A stretch of DNA of 64,000 bases, from positions 367,102,001 to 367,166,000 of the forward strand of contig OZ024740.1 of assembly GCA_964016885.1 (NCBI GenBank). The letters are read 5' to 3'. The stretch is from Eledone cirrhosa. Lineage: Eukaryota. The notes under the pieces were generated by a model. It had not been told where the DNA came from. It ran no database searches and saw only the letters and a program-made list of their open reading frames with translations. Shown one piece after another: positions 1 through 13,753 of the stretch. Each line of letters opens with the position of its first letter. Positions within the stretch are counted from its first letter, which is position 1. The translations under genes were made by a program, and so were the position numbers.

Positions 1-208
1 CAACAAATTAGCAAACCATACTCGAGGAAGCGCGTTTCACCGAAGGGATTTTATCCCAGGTCTTTCTAATTACGCAATACAAACTTCAAAGCGTTGGAAC
101 AGCGATTAAACCCCCGTTCTTGATTTAAGGCAAGTACTATTATGTAACCTCTTCAAGATATTCACTCTTTCACAAATACACAGCTTATATATATATAGCG
201 TTAGTTCC

Positions 209-264
<56 letters not shown>

Positions 265-1175
265 ACGGAAAACAACTGAAAACAACTTGTTTTTAGCCGA
301 TTTCAGGTAATTTCTATTGTTTGGGTGCATAAGGATGCTGTGACGAGGTGGATAAAGGGCACCTTCCAATAAACTTTTTACTTCTTTCTTCTTTATTGAT
401 ATGTTTCTGTCACTATGCCGCGTTCATGCTCGACACTGCCATTGATATCTGAAGTATTGATGAAAGAAACAATAAGATCAAACATGCAGTAAAATCGGAA
501 TATTTTAAGATGTTGGCCATTATCATTTTTCACTGGCATATATGGAAGATAATTACAATTTTTCTTCTTCCTATGAGAATTTCAGCGGAAGCATAATCTC
601 TTGTACGTGCCAAAGTGTTCGCGATTGAATCGCTAAGTATATATGGGGGATTGCTTATTTGTTGATATTGAGAGAGAATTGTTTGAACATTAACCAATTC
701 GTTTGCATGATAAATGATAGGTGAGTAAAAATATTTTTATATGCTTGAAATATTGATTTCTAACATTCACAAATCTCTCTCCCTCTCATCCGTTCCTCTC
801 TATCTCTATCTATCTGCCTATATAGCTACCTACTCAACTATGTCTCTCTCTCCATCTCTCTCAATATATATATTTGTTATTCATCTTTCTCTCTCTATAT
901 ATATAGTTTGATGATCCCACATTAAAAGGGGCATACGTCATGAGCAGCAGATATTTCGTCTGCCAAACAACCAGTAGCACGAGCCACCCCTTTAACAGCA
1001 ATGAAATAACATTTGCTTATATATTAAAATACATTAATAACACTTGATTTCTACCAAATATCAAATGTTCTCAAGCTTTCAAATTGTTTCATTCGCTTCA
1101 ATGTATCCACTAGTGTATATAAATGTGTGCAGACAATGTGTTTTTATCTAAGTTTCTTTTAAATTTTTACTCATA

Positions 1176-2333
1176 CGAGGGTCGGCTGAAAAGTTCATAG
1201 ACTGAGCAAGATACTCTCATGGAATGTGACTAAAGGAGGTTTATTTTTCAACATAGTCTCGCTTGCAGTCCACACACTTCATCTATCGCTATTGCAGTAT
1301 TTGGATCTCATTGGTGGAGAAGCCTTCATGCTGTTGGTCAAAAACGTTATCAAAAGCAGATATGAAATCATTATCACTGTGATCCTGGTTCCCAGCCAAG
1401 TTTTTTTATGTTGGGGAAGAGATGATGATCAGATGGGGCCAGATCAGGAGAATATGGAGGGTGATCAACCAGTTTAAAGCCACAGTCACGCACAGAAGCC
1501 ATTGAAATCAATGACTTGTGTACTGGAAAACAAAACCCATTTCGTCAGTTTTCCTGGATGTTTGGCGTTGATAACCTTTCGTAACTGCCACAAGAAGTTG
1601 GCATAGTTCACTCCGTTATTGGTGTATTATTTTAAACACGATGCATTTTGCTTTCCCCAAAGTTGAGGCCATCACCTTCCCTGCAAATGAAACGACATTG
1701 GTCTGGGTCTCCCCCAAACAATGTCAGATTTTCCCGTGAGATAATCAGCTTGGTGCACTTTTGATCAGGTGTCAGATAATGTGCCCCCCCCCCCCCCCCC
1801 ATGGAGCAGAATCTTCGTTATGCCCAGTTCATTGTGCAGAGTATTCTCCACTTTCTCTCTGGATATGCTAATAGCATTGGCTATCTGATTTATAGTCAAC
1901 CGCCTGTCATCTGTCACCATGTGGTGAACACAATCAATGGTTTCCTCAGTGATGGCTATTGCAGGACGTCCAGACACTGGGTCATTTTCAAGACTCTCCC
2001 TTCCCCTCCTAAATTCAGCTGCCCACTTTTGCATTGATGACAAAGCTGAAACGTCATTCTCTAATGTAGCAACCATGTCAGCAGGAATGTCTTTAGAGGT
2101 TAAAACCTTTTTCTGTAGGTATTTGATAACACCGCGATGCCAAATGTTGTCCATTTTCGAGAGAATAACTATTAGGTACATTCGAAATTTTCTTTGAACA
2201 GTCAGATGTTTATTTTACCTGAAAAGAATCAAGGTAGTTATTAAAAAGAAGATTGAAATTAATACATGAAAGATTTCACAGCTCTAGCATTACTCCTTTA
2301 TAGTCATCCTATGAACGTTTCAGCCGACCCTCG
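1176..2333 (-). mobile_element. mariner-family DNA transposon, decayed, both ends present
   Basis: 25-bp terminal inverted repeats CGAGGGTCGGCTGAAAAGTTCATAG (1176-1200) and 2309-2333 (1 mismatch), TA on both flanks (1174-1175, 2334-2335), transposase remnants inside. Confidence 0.93.
1230..2154 (-). pseudogene. mariner transposase, frameshifted and internally deleted
   Basis: N-terminal HTH region (MDNIWHRGVIKYL...KWAAEFRRGRESLENDPVSGRP...DRRLTINQIA). Catalytic-domain motif DHPPYSPDLAPS readable at ~1431-1466 on the minus strand. Confidence 0.9.
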
Positions 2334-3958
2334 TATTTAATTACTCTATCTGTTCATATTCTTTATATTTCTATAATAATACCTAGATGCAACTGCCATT
2401 ATATCTATATTCTTAGAATTATGTTATTGATATAGGTTGAAATCAGAAGTTTCAACCTTAAGTTTCTTTTTATATCAGCTAGTAATACTTTAGATATGTG
2501 TACAGTTGTATTCTCTACAGAACAGTACACGACTGGGCTATGTGCCCTGCAAAACGTAGCTATACTATTTTATGGAATTAATTTAGATCACGGTTGGAGT
2601 GTTTTTTACATTTTGTTGAATCAAAAACGATATATTAAAATAAATAACAGTAATGTACTGGTTCGATTTATTTGACTATATATTAATCATTTGTGGCCTT
2701 GTAATAATGTTAGATATCAGTAGTTTAATTTTGTGAATTCTCTCTGCAGGCTACCCAGAAGCGAGACATTTTCAATTTAACTCTTTAAAAATGCCATTCA
2801 AGACGTGTGGAAATGGCACTGACATAAATATTACATTCTGCATTAGTTTTACGTTAATTCGTACTTCAGTATTATTTTACCTTAAGCTTGTTCCGTGGTA
2901 TTCATATGTTCGTTTATAAAATTAATGTTATTATATATTATTTTGATGTTGTGGATCAATATATTATTCAAATATATTATGTCTCAAGTAACATTTTATC
3001 CATAGATGTCGACATAATATAAATGACTTTAAAAAGTATAGTTTATTAAATATTTTATGAATATATCCATTTCATAGAAAATGCTAGTCATTCTTTTATA
3101 TCTTTATCGTAACTAGATATCTTTTGAATGCCACGAAGAAATTTTCATCTGATGTAATTACAATGAATTATAATTAAAAGACTTATGTTTGATGCACAAT
3201 AATTAGAATATGAAAGAAGAATCTTTGCAACTCATTTCATTCCAATTTAACCACTGACAAAAGTGTGCAGAATAACAAATAATGGAGTCTAACAATAAAA
3301 GACTGGTCAGCTGGAACTATAACAGGAAGTAAATTGGCAATAATTGACCCTTGAATGCTTAAAGAAGCGCTTCGCAACTATTGGCTAATTTGATAAAATT
3401 GCATTGCAGAACTCCCCGAGTTAAATAGCTATAATTTAAAATCATCATTCTGCATCAGATTTCACGTCACTCTTTTTTTCTTGAGAATCTCCCACACTTG
3501 ACAATTCCTTTTATTTCCTTCTATTAGCTAAACACTAAGTAGATTTGAGATCTAATAGGAGATGTACATATATGAATGAATTTGATTTTAATAATACCAA
3601 CATTAATAATGTCAGATCTAATGGCGAAATGAAAGGGGCGTTACTGTGTGGGAGACATTAAGATATGTATCTATCACAAAACATATTCTAAAATCTGAAC
3701 GGTAAAGTAATATATATATATATACATTGGTGGCAAGTGGTAGACGCATGATTTTTGTTGCTCGTAAAAATTCTCTTTAAAGCACTAACTTCATTGTTTA
3801 AAATTCATTTATATTTGTAAGGACCAAGTTCAAAAGTGGGTATGAATGTTTTAATGGCTCTCGTATATTTTTCACGTGCGTATTTGTACTTAAGATCCAA
3901 ACCAACATGGCAAATGTTACTAACTACAAGGTAAACACTAATTTTATCATTATTTCTC

Positions 3959-4120
3959 GGACGTCATGCTTTGCAGCCTAGAGCTACGGCCCTTTACGGT
4001 CTGAGTTCAAATCCCACCGAGGTTAACTTTGCCTTTGATCTTTACGGCGTCGATAAAATAAAGTACCAGTAATGCACTGGGGGTAATGGCTGGCCGTGTG
4101 CCAAAAGTAGAAACAATTAT
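3959..4120 (+). mobile_element. tRNA-derived SINE family A, 5'-truncated
   Basis: B-box GAGTTCAAATCCC, central GCCTTT.ATC.TTACGG.GTCGATAAAATAAAGTACCAG block (resembles the Meta-SINE central domain) and 3' end AGTAGAAACAATTAT, shared with other copies in the window. Confidence 0.85.
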
Positions 4121-4399
4121 TTTTCACTACTTTAACGTTTGAAAAAGTTAATTTCTATTTAAAATCGGCAACACTTATTTATTTATTTATTTATTTAATT
4201 TTCGAAGCCCAATGATGACTATTTTCATTATTTTGAATGACAATTCTTATCTATTTATTTAAAATCGCTGGATGTATATATATGTGTATGTATTCGCTGG
4301 ATATATATGTATATATGTATGTGTATTCGCTGGATATATATGTATATATGTATATGTATTCGCTGGATATATATGTATATATGTATGTGTATTCGCGCC

Positions 4400-5500
4400 T
4401 ATACTCTCATGAATCCAGAAATGTAATTGCTGAATTGTATCCTCAAGGAAGAGGAGAACAAACCGAAAAAGATAAAGAAAATATACAAGTCACAAACGGC
4501 CAACGGAAACCTAGAAATATTTGAAGGTCGCCGGGAGTGAGATGGATTGCAATGAAGACGGTGCCAATGGAGACCTGCCAAGTAAACAAAATGAAACACT
4601 AGAATTCAGCAATAATAAAATAAGGAGCCACCAAGCTGACCACAATAAAGAAGAAACGAATAAACAGAGAGGAAGTGATCAGAGGACAAATGTTAAAAAA
4701 AACGGAGAACTGAACTAGGGGAAAGAGAGACCACATGAAAAAGAAAGCCCATGTAATCTGTAAGCTTTTCAAGAAGGGGATCTGCTGGCACGAAAAAGAG
4801 GGAAAGGTTGAAGATTCGCTCAACCCTGTCCCACCACGTGAGCTGCACCCAGCATGCTCATCCTAAATACTCTAGCCGAAACCAAGACATATAACCCAGA
4901 ACACTGGGTTATTGCCAACGAAATAAGCTGATGTTGCACGAACTGCTCCGAAGAAGAGGGGGCAGTATACAGAGATAGTACAGACTATAGCAGCGGAACA
5001 ACAATCATTGTTAACCATGGCAGAAAAGTAACATGGCTACATGAGACACAGAGTCAAAGTCACTCACACCAACATTCAAGATCACCAGAAATAAAAGATC
5101 CAGAGTGTCCGAATATAATACCAGTGTCCATTGCTGACACCCAAAGTGTCACAACAGCCGCTAAATGTCAGAGGCCTGGTAAAACCAATGAGAGAACTAG
5201 CCACAAACAGTCAAGCAATATGCATGGCACTATCTGAAATGCACCTGATAACTAGCATAACAGATTCGGATATACACATAATAAAGAATGTTGTAATTTG
5301 TACTGGCATGCAGGAAAGAACTCATGGTGAGTTGATTTATACAACCGTGAAGATGTCTCATCCTTAATGCATTTGTCATATCCCAGCTCAGTCTGTGACA
5401 CACTTGTAGTACACATAAATCAACTCAAAATGTAAATGTTTCATATATCGACCACCAGACAGTCCTAGTGATGAGATAAGCTCGAAAATAACCTTCGAAA
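4400..5500 (+). pseudogene. decayed APE-type LINE fragment (ORF1 end and endonuclease start)
   Basis: CKLFKKGICWH zinc-finger-like segment at ~4760, then LNVRGL...MALSEMHL...YRPPD motifs typical of AP-endonuclease domains. Many stops. Confidence 0.6.
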
Positions 5501-6454
5501 TAGGTTATATGTTACATTGTGAGATAGAGCTATATATTTTTGGAGTTTCAGTTCAATGCCCACTATATAACCTCTTTTAGCGTAACATGAACAGTAGTGA
5601 GTCTTTCGTAGATTCTAATTGCTTAAATGATATATCAATGCATAGTGAGAACCCCTGATACAAATACAGTTTATATAGATCCCACAGCTATCCATTCGCA
5701 AGCCAAATAGGAAAGCCTGAAAATTAAAAGTATCTCACATCCAATGATTTCAAATAGTAAATTGTAAAAACGTGCTTAAACAAATTGAAGAGATAGAAAA
5801 ATATTGTAGTTTTTGTACCGAAAAAGCTAATCAACCACTATTTCCGCACGCCACTGTATTAAATAAGTTGTCTGAATTGATAACGTCATATTACCACACA
5901 AAATGTTCATAACTAATAACTATCAGAATTAGATTAAATTAAGCTTCCTTCACTACTTCTTTACTCTTCTATTGTTGCATTTTATAGTATTCTTGCTTCT
6001 TCCTTCTAATGCAGGGTATTCAATCTATGCATATATTTATAATGAAATAATTAAATTAATTCATATTCTTCTGCCGCTTTAAAAACACTGCGTTTCTTTG
6101 TTCACTCAACTATAGCCTTGATTTCCAAACAAATTGGCTTTCTTACCTAATTCCCTTTAATATCTTTTATGTTTCTTATTTTATTCTCCATATCTATAGT
6201 ACTCACCTTGATATTATTCTCTTATACTTGTACGTAATATACAATATTATCACCTCTTCTATTTATCATCTTTTTGTTTACTATTTTGTTATACTCTTTA
6301 CTCTAAACATTTAAAAATCCTATTTACTCTAAACATATTTAAAATTCCTATTTAGTTTGCCCTCACTTTGTACTTTGGACATTTACATATACCCTTCAAA
6401 CGGGGATAACCATAAAACAATGCCCCCAAATGAAGAAAAATGAAGAAATTTTAC

Positions 6455-6643
6455 ATAATTGTTTCTACTTTAGGCACAAGGCCAGCAATTAGCTAGTGCA
6501 TTACTGGTACTTTATTTTATCGACCCGGTAAGGATGAAAGGCAAAGTCAACCTCGGCGGGATTTGAACTCAGATCGTAAAGGGACGTAACTATGCTGAAA
6601 AGCATGGCGTCCGACCCTCTACTGATACTGCCAATCCACCGCC
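6455..6643 (-). mobile_element. SINE family A, near full length
   Basis: Reverse complement starts GGCGGTGGATTGGCAGTATCAGTAG (A-box-like), has B-box GAGTTCAAATCCCG and the shared central and 3' blocks. Confidence 0.9.
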
Positions 6644-6922
6644 CTAATGAAAACTATACCAATTTTCACAAGTGAAGACATCTCTCACCCACCCCAAAGT
6701 GGGTAAGAGATCTCCCCGTCCGACGGGGAATAAAGAAATACCACATGGTACTTTTCCCAATATTCAAGCAATTCCACCAATCCAGCTTACTTGCCTGCTA
6801 CTTTATTTTGTCGACTGTGGAAACAGGAAAGACAAAGTTACCCCGATGGGAACTAAATACAGAATATAAGACCAAAACAATAATTACCAAAATACTTTTT
6901 TTTATCTCTCCCCACCTCACTA

Positions 6923-6987
<65 letters not shown>

Positions 6988-7589
6988 CCTCTCATAAACA
7001 TGTATCTAGGAGTACCTAAGAAAACACAGATATACATGTAAAAACACACAGATTACACCAGCAGCTATCAATATACATTTATAGGTAAACACATTTCTTT
7101 TATCTGTCGTTCTATCTTTTGTCCACGTCTGCTAGACATAGACAAAAGGCAAGGAAGCGTAGCCTTGAATCTATATATTCTATACAAGGCACTTCAAATT
7201 AGATAAAAGGAAACAAAAAGTAGCCATATTTTGTTCATATGCTTCAAATCCAGTAGAAAATATTTCAGACTGTCAGCTCGAGGCCTGACAATATTAGAAC
7301 AGCTTTGATTATGTATAAGAGGGTTCGTTTCGTACTAAAGTGCTGATGAATGTTTGATTGTCTGTTTGTTGTTGTTGTTGTTATTGCTGCTGCTACTATT
7401 GTAGTTGTCATTGCTGTTGTTTATCTTGTTCATACGCTCTCATATTTATCTTCAGGTAAGTAGGATATTGCTGGTTATCTCAAGTTTTCTATTATGAAGA
7501 AGTGATAAACATGAATAACTTGGAAAATGAGTAGATGGAGGAAAAAACAGAGAAAAAGTTATAAACTACTACTACTACTACTACAAATA

Positions 7590-7764
7590 ATAATTGTTTC
7601 TACTTTTGGCACAAGGCCAGCAATTACCTAGTGCTTTTATATTATCGATCCCATAAGGATACTTCGCAAAGCTAACCTCGGCGGGATTTGAATTCAGAAC
7701 GTAAAGGGCCATAACTCTATGATCAAAGCATGGTGTCTGACGCTCTACGGACACTGCCAATCCA
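7590..7764 (-). mobile_element. SINE family A
   Basis: Homologous to 6455-6643. Confidence 0.85.
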
Positions 7765-7783
7765 ATGACTGCTACAACTAATA

Positions 7784-7992
7784 ATAATTGTTTCTACTAT
7801 AGGCACAAGGCCAGCAATTTGGGGGGAAGGGAAAGTCGATAAAATCGACCCCAGTGCGTTACAGGTACTTTATTTTGTCTACCATGTAAGGATGAAAGGC
7901 AAAGCTAGCCTCGGTGGAATTTGAACTCGGAGAGTAAAGGGCCGTGACTCTATGCTGAAAAGCATGGTGTCCGACGCACTACTGCCAATCCC
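7784..7992 (-). mobile_element. SINE family A, longer variant
   Basis: Homologous to 6455-6643, with an extra GGGGGAAGGGAAAGTCGATAAAATCGACCCC segment. Confidence 0.85.
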
Positions 7993-7997
7993 CTGTC

Positions 7998-8029
<32 letters not shown>

Positions 8030-8306
8030 TTTCATTTATTGGCCACAAGGGCCGACATATAGGGGACAATACAAAAGACTGGGACAATGGGTGGGGTTTT
8101 ACAGAGAAATCGAGTAAACAATATGAATAAACAAAGTAACAATAACAAAGAAACAATAAAGTAACAATAAAATTACAACAAGAAAAAATTCCCCAATAGG
8201 GGGGATGACCAACTAGGGTTCGCTCAGGTACCCCACCAGTCATGAACGACCCGACGCTTCGAGAGCACTCTGGAAGGGCACCCCTCTCCTCTTCAAATTT
8301 ACCTAC

Positions 8307-11300
8307 CTACAGCCGCATGACCAGAGTAGGCCCACTCACACGGCCCATTCTCGCCACATTCACCCACCTTTCAGCAAATGTACTCGGGGGCAGCACTTCT
8401 CTCTCCACCCTCACCTTCCTTTGAAACTTGAAAAAGTTGATGATGGATTGGCCGAAGAGAAAAGTGTCTGTCTTCAGTCCTTTCAACCTCGTCCACCATA
8501 CAACCTCCATCGCTACTGCCACCAGACAGAGGAAAATTGCCTGCCCTTCCTGGCCAAAAGAAAGCGGCGGGTCGATCTTCACTATGGACTCGTCCGATAG
8601 CCGGATCCGTTCTACACGCGACAACAGCTGTTCAACATAACTCCACAAGTCAGTAATGCACGGACACTGGACGAGTGCGTGCAGAACGGTTTCGTCGCTC
8701 TGCGCGCATCTCGGGCAGGTCCGTCTGACAGCACTTCCGTGCCTGTAGAGTTTATCTCGAACCGGCAGTGCCCACCGGTAGCACTGCCAAGCGAGGGATT
8801 TTTGGAAATTATCCATCGTCCCCGGCCCGAAAGTCCTCCGGTACAGACTGGTTAATTCAACTTCGTTGACTCCCAGAGCCTCTCCGAGTGCGTCGTCACA
8901 CTTGCCCACCACTAATCCTCTATAGAAATCGAGAGTGGAAGTTCCACTGACCGCATTGCCCGCCTGGTAGAGGGCAGTGAGTGCCTGGCAACATTCCAGA
9001 TGCCAGTCACCCAGTCTCGGTCTCTTCTTGACCCAGGACTGCAACTCAGTCAAAGAAACGAGCTGCGTAAAGGCCCGTCTGACAAACGGCGACCACACCT
9101 GTTCACCGTTTAGGCAGAATATCTGGAGATGTCGCAGCCTCAGCGCGTGCCTGCGCATCATTAGCCACGGCATGCCCAGCCCTCCAAGTAGAGGGTGCTG
9201 GCAGCAGATGGACCGCCTCACCAGCGGAACCTGACCCCTCCACAAGAATTTGAAGAGGAGCCGCTCCAAGATGGCGAGATGCGAACGGGGGCAAGGGACG
9301 ACAGTCAGACGGTAGTAGATGACGGACGCGATGTACGCGTTCGCCACCTCCGCCGACCTTTCAGTGATAGCTTCATCCCAGCCCATTTCTGGGTGAGACT
9401 GACTACCCTGCCCGTCACCTCGTCCCAATTCTTATCCACCTGGAGGTCTGGCCCGAACCAAACCCCTAGCAACTTTACCGGTCCGTCCGTCCAGCGCCTA
9501 ACGACGCTGTTGGACGGCTTGGACTTGCCTCTCCAGGTGCCGAGTTGCAAGCCTACTGACTTTTCCGGGTTAAGTTTTGCTCCCGTCAACCTTTCATATT
9601 CCTCCAATAAATTGCCGACCACCTCGATTTCTCAGGTGTCCGACACCATCACAGTGATGTCGTCCGCATAAGCCGACACAGCCTTTCCGCGTCCCGGTTC
9701 GAGCGGGATGCCCTGCAACAGCTCCAGCTTCCGCAGTAAAGGCTCGAGAGTCAATACGTACAGAGGTGACGGACCGATCGGGAGACCTGAAACGGTTCCG
9801 AGAGGGGGCCATTAATTTTGACCATCGAGCAGGTGCCGCTGTGCATTGCAGCGATCCAGCTTCTGAAGACAGGGCCGAAGCCAGCCGCCTTGAGGACAGC
9901 CACCAGGCACCGATGGTCGACCCTATCGAATGCTTTCGATTGATCTAAATTGATCAGAGCCCCACCGAAGCCAGGTTTACACCCTACCCTCTCTATGATG
10001 TATGGCGGTTGAGGTGGCGGTTGTCGTGTATGAACCTGGTTGGGATTGCGCAAGTTTGCGCCTCCCCAACCAAATTCCCGACGACAAGCGCCAACCTCTT
10101 CGCTAACACCCTGGCCAAAATCTTAAACTCTGTATTGAGCAGAGTTATGGGCCTGAAATTGTCTAATGTGTCCCTCTTGTTCTCATCTTTCCTTATCAAC
10201 GTCACTACGCCCCGGCTCACAGAACAGGGAATACTCCCGTTTAGCTGCCAGTTGCAGTAGAGGGCTTCGAGGAGATTGGAGAACAAGTCTGGCATATTTA
10301 CGTAAAGCTCGTAGGGCAGACCATCCAAACCGGGTGACTTGCGCCTCATGCAGCCTACAAGGGCATCTTGAATCTCGGCTGAAGTAATTGGCCTTTCACA
10401 GCCATCAGCGTCAGCCGTCGAGAGTTGCGGCAAGCCATCGAGGTAGGGACTGAAGTCCGCCACCATCTCTGACCCGCCACTTCCCCCGAACAAGTGAGCA
10501 AAATGATGGCGAAAGGCCTCACACATCCTCTTGGAATCGCTCAGCTCGAGCCCGTCTCGGTCCGTCAAGGACCGAATCGTGGTTTTATTACCACGCTGCG
10601 CCTCTGCCACGCGGGCCCATCGAACAGCTTTGGTTCCCTCGTTTCTCAGAGCACGCGCCTTAGCTCTGACAATGAAACCTTCGTGTTTCGCATTGAAGAA
10701 ATGGTCTAATGCCATTCTCGCCGCTAGCACATCAGTTGCAATGCCACTACCAATAGCCTCGTCTAACTTATCTACCAACTCTCCCTCCTTTCTATTTTTC
10801 TCTAATGCTACTTCTTTGCTAAACTCTATCGACATTACTCTAATCTCTCTTTTGATAGCCCCCACCATCTATTGTTGACGACTCCCCTTGTCAACGTTTT
10901 CTTAACTAAATTGTTGACCTGGTCCCTGTAAGCCTTACGTGCCGGAAATGACATGTTTAGCTTCTAGTAACCAGGTCCTAACCTACGCGTCTTATCTAGG
11001 TCGTCCATACAGATCACAAACTTGTGATGTGAATAGGCGACCGTTTCAAAACGAGGACAGCTTACACTATTTCTGTCTATTTTCCGAATGAATATCCTGT
11101 CTATATCCGATCTAGATGACCCTATGCGGTTAGCCCAGGTCCACACTGGCGCATTAGGGAAATCTAGTCGGTATTGTCAGACAGTTGGAACTGGCTGATC
11201 AGGTTCTTAAGACTTTTGCACCCCCCGCTCCTATCGGATACTCCCACACAGTCGCAGCGTGCGTCTAAGATGCCGTTCCAGTCCCCCGCTAACAGTAAAG

Positions 11301-11691
11301 GGCGAGACGTACCCAGAAAGGCTTCCAGGCGTCTAAAGAAGTCCGGCCGTCCTGCCCAAGTAGGAGCATAGACGGTCACCAGTCTAAAGGCACCACCTTC
11401 ATTATTGTTCACGTCCAGGACCACCAACATCCTGTCCGGGTCCCGGAAGATCGACTTTACCTCGAGATCTAGGCCTTTCCTAAACATCACTGCCACCCTG
11501 CCTCCCATTCCCGGCTGGCTAACAGATGCAAAGATCTGATAGTCGTCTAAAATGGGGGCTAGTGCGCGCGTGTCGGAAATCCTGGTCTCGCTGACTGCAA
11601 TTACATCCATTTCTATAGACCTGAGGTGACCCTGCTTCCAGGACGATCCCAGGCCTCGAACATTTAAACATCCTACTCTTAATACGGCCAT
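8307..11691 (-). pseudogene. ORF2 of Tx1 copy 1 (AP endonuclease, reverse transcriptase, C-terminal zinc finger), multiple frameshifts
   Basis: GCLNVRGL, AVSETRI, VYAP, AGDWN (APE). KSPGLDGLPYELY, NFRPITLLNTEFKILA, LDQSKAFDRVDH, AYADD (RT). CPRCAQSDETVLHALVQC (zinc finger). Confidence 0.93.
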
Positions 11692-11722
11692 GTTGGCAGG
11701 TTAAACAGAGAGAGAGGAAGGT

Positions 11723-13284
11723 TTACTTACCTTCCGGGCTCTTGTGAAGGTCGGATTGTTCGACCTCCATAGTTAGTGGGGTTTCTTTTGGGAACCCCTT
11801 TAAAAGTCTTGAAGTGGGTTTTACGTTCGGGGTTCCTACGTCCCGAGGAAAGCTGTCTCGTATTTCTTTGAATATGTCGAGCGACATTCGCACCAGAACC
11901 AAATCTTCCGGCACGCGAAATGTGCTCGATTTCAACATTTCCACCTCTTTTTGTATATTTTCACTTCGTGCTACGAGGGCCATCAGTTCCTTGTTGGCCC
12001 TCCTGACGAGCACAAAGTTTTGTATGTTTTGTTGGTGTGATTTTATTTGTTTGCGTGGCTGTGGTGGTGATGGTTTTGGTGGTGTTGTTTCGGTTGTATC
12101 TGTGTTTGTTGTGAGTGCGATGTCTGTGGTTTCAGATGTTTGTGTGTATATTTGTTCTTGCGTCTGTTTCGGTTGTTTGCGTTTGGGGGATTCTGGTGAT
12201 GGTGATGGTGGTGTTGATGTTGGTGTTATTGGAGAGATGTTTGCGTGGGTGGTGTCTGCGTTTTTTATTGTGGGTGCTTTTGTGCTTTGTTGAGTTTTTT
12301 TTTTCTTTTTGTGTTTCCTTTTTTGTATTTTGGGGGATTTTGGATTTCCCTCATTGTCACTACTGGTAGATGAGGGGTCTGTTTCTGTAAGTGTGTCTGT
12401 ATGTATGTTTAAGGTTTTATTGGTGTGTGTATTTTTTTGGGGGGGGGAGGGGGAATTTGACAACTTTCCTCGTTTCCCCCCTGGGTGGTCAATGTTGGTG
12501 GTGGTATTTCTATTGGTGTTGTTGTTGTTGGTTTTGCCGGTGCAGGTGTTGGTTGTGGTCCTCGCCCTGGCGTCGGCAGCAGTGGAGCCTTTTGGCCCCT
12601 TGCCTCTTTCAGCAGTTGAGGGCAGAAGGCTCGCAAATGGGTTTTTTCCCCACAAACAAAACACTGCGGCCTTTAGCCTTCGGTCATAATGTGAATGACA
12701 GTCACATTCTGAAGGCGGATGTGGTCCGGTATTGTCTTCACATTCTCGGGCCTGATCTGGAGAAGGATCTCCAGGTCAACCCTGGACCAGTCCTCTCTGG
12801 CCGTTCTGGTCACTTCTATAGGGACTGTATCCGTCCCCTCCACTATCACACATCCCAGAAGCCACCACATGTCAAGTCCTGGTGGGATTCTGGGAATGCG
12901 GAGACGGGCCGTTCTTTTTCCCATGTGGGAGGGGTACATTATGACCTTGCTGGTTTTGCAAGGAGTCATGGCGTGTTTCATCGCGAGGGCTTCTGACTTG
13001 AACAACACCGAAATGGTGCCGTACTGTCTGCTCCTCTCTATGTACTGGGTGTCTTCTCTGATGCACCTCAGCGCGACTTCGATATCTTCCTGTGGGATTA
13101 ACGCTGCCCTTTTGGTTTGTGCTGAGATGCATCTATAATGCACCGTTTTGCGCTCCACTGCCTCAATAGCTTCTACCGGGACAGTTAAGATGGCCCAAGT
13201 TTGCTCTTGCTTGATGAGCTTCCATGCCTGGGCCAACTTTTCATCTTTGTTTGAGAGGTCCATGTTGAAGCATGACTCAGCCAT
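11723..13284 (-). pseudogene. ORF1 (gag-like) of Tx1 copy 1
   Basis: Starts MAESCFNMDL after an A-run. CCHC knuckle CFVCGEKTHLRAFC follows a premature stop at 12673-12675. Pro/Thr/Lys-rich tail with one frameshift near 12430. Confidence 0.85.
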
Positions 13285-13753
13285 GTTTTTTTTTCTTCGT
13301 AAATTTTTTAACATGTAAAAAAAATTCAAATATTTGAACCAAAAGGCCCAAATATTATACTTTCCCCTTCACGGGGCAAAGTCTAAGGGCCTATATCCCT
13401 TAGACAACAAGAAATATTTAACAACAAATAATTTAAACAGGCAAATAAAGCGACTTACTGTGAGCGAGCAAAATACGTCCGCTTAGACCAATAATAATAA
13501 TAATAATGCTTTCTTTATTAAACACAAGGGTTTACATAAAGTAGACATTAAGGACAGTACAGGACAATACAGGACGGTGCAAATGGGCATTTATGCGTGT
13601 AAAAAAAAACAGAGGATGTAATAAAAAAAAACAATGAAAAATTCCCCAATAGGGGGAGGCTTCCGAGGGACATTTGTGGAGAAAGCCCATTAAAAGGCCA
13701 CAGTGACCCTGATCACCAGGGCAAGTGCCCTCTCCCAGTTTTCCACCTTTAAT

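Larger units (their letters stand above)
8028..13489 (-). mobile_element. Tx1/L1-clade non-LTR retrotransposon copy 1, full length (~5.46 kb), inactivated
   Basis: 5' UTR, ORF1, ORF2 (APE-RT-CCHC) and 3' UTR with AATAAA. Bounded by (AAT)n at 7998-8027 and 13490-13507. Confidence 0.92.

Noticed and set aside
20-75. Hammerhead remnant (GAAACGCG on the minus strand with an upstream hairpin)
   Set aside because: Core and cleavage triplet are both non-canonical. Too decayed to call.
6455-6643. tRNA genes
   Set aside because: The A/B boxes belong to multi-copy SINE heads with attached body and tail. No complete cloverleaf is evident.
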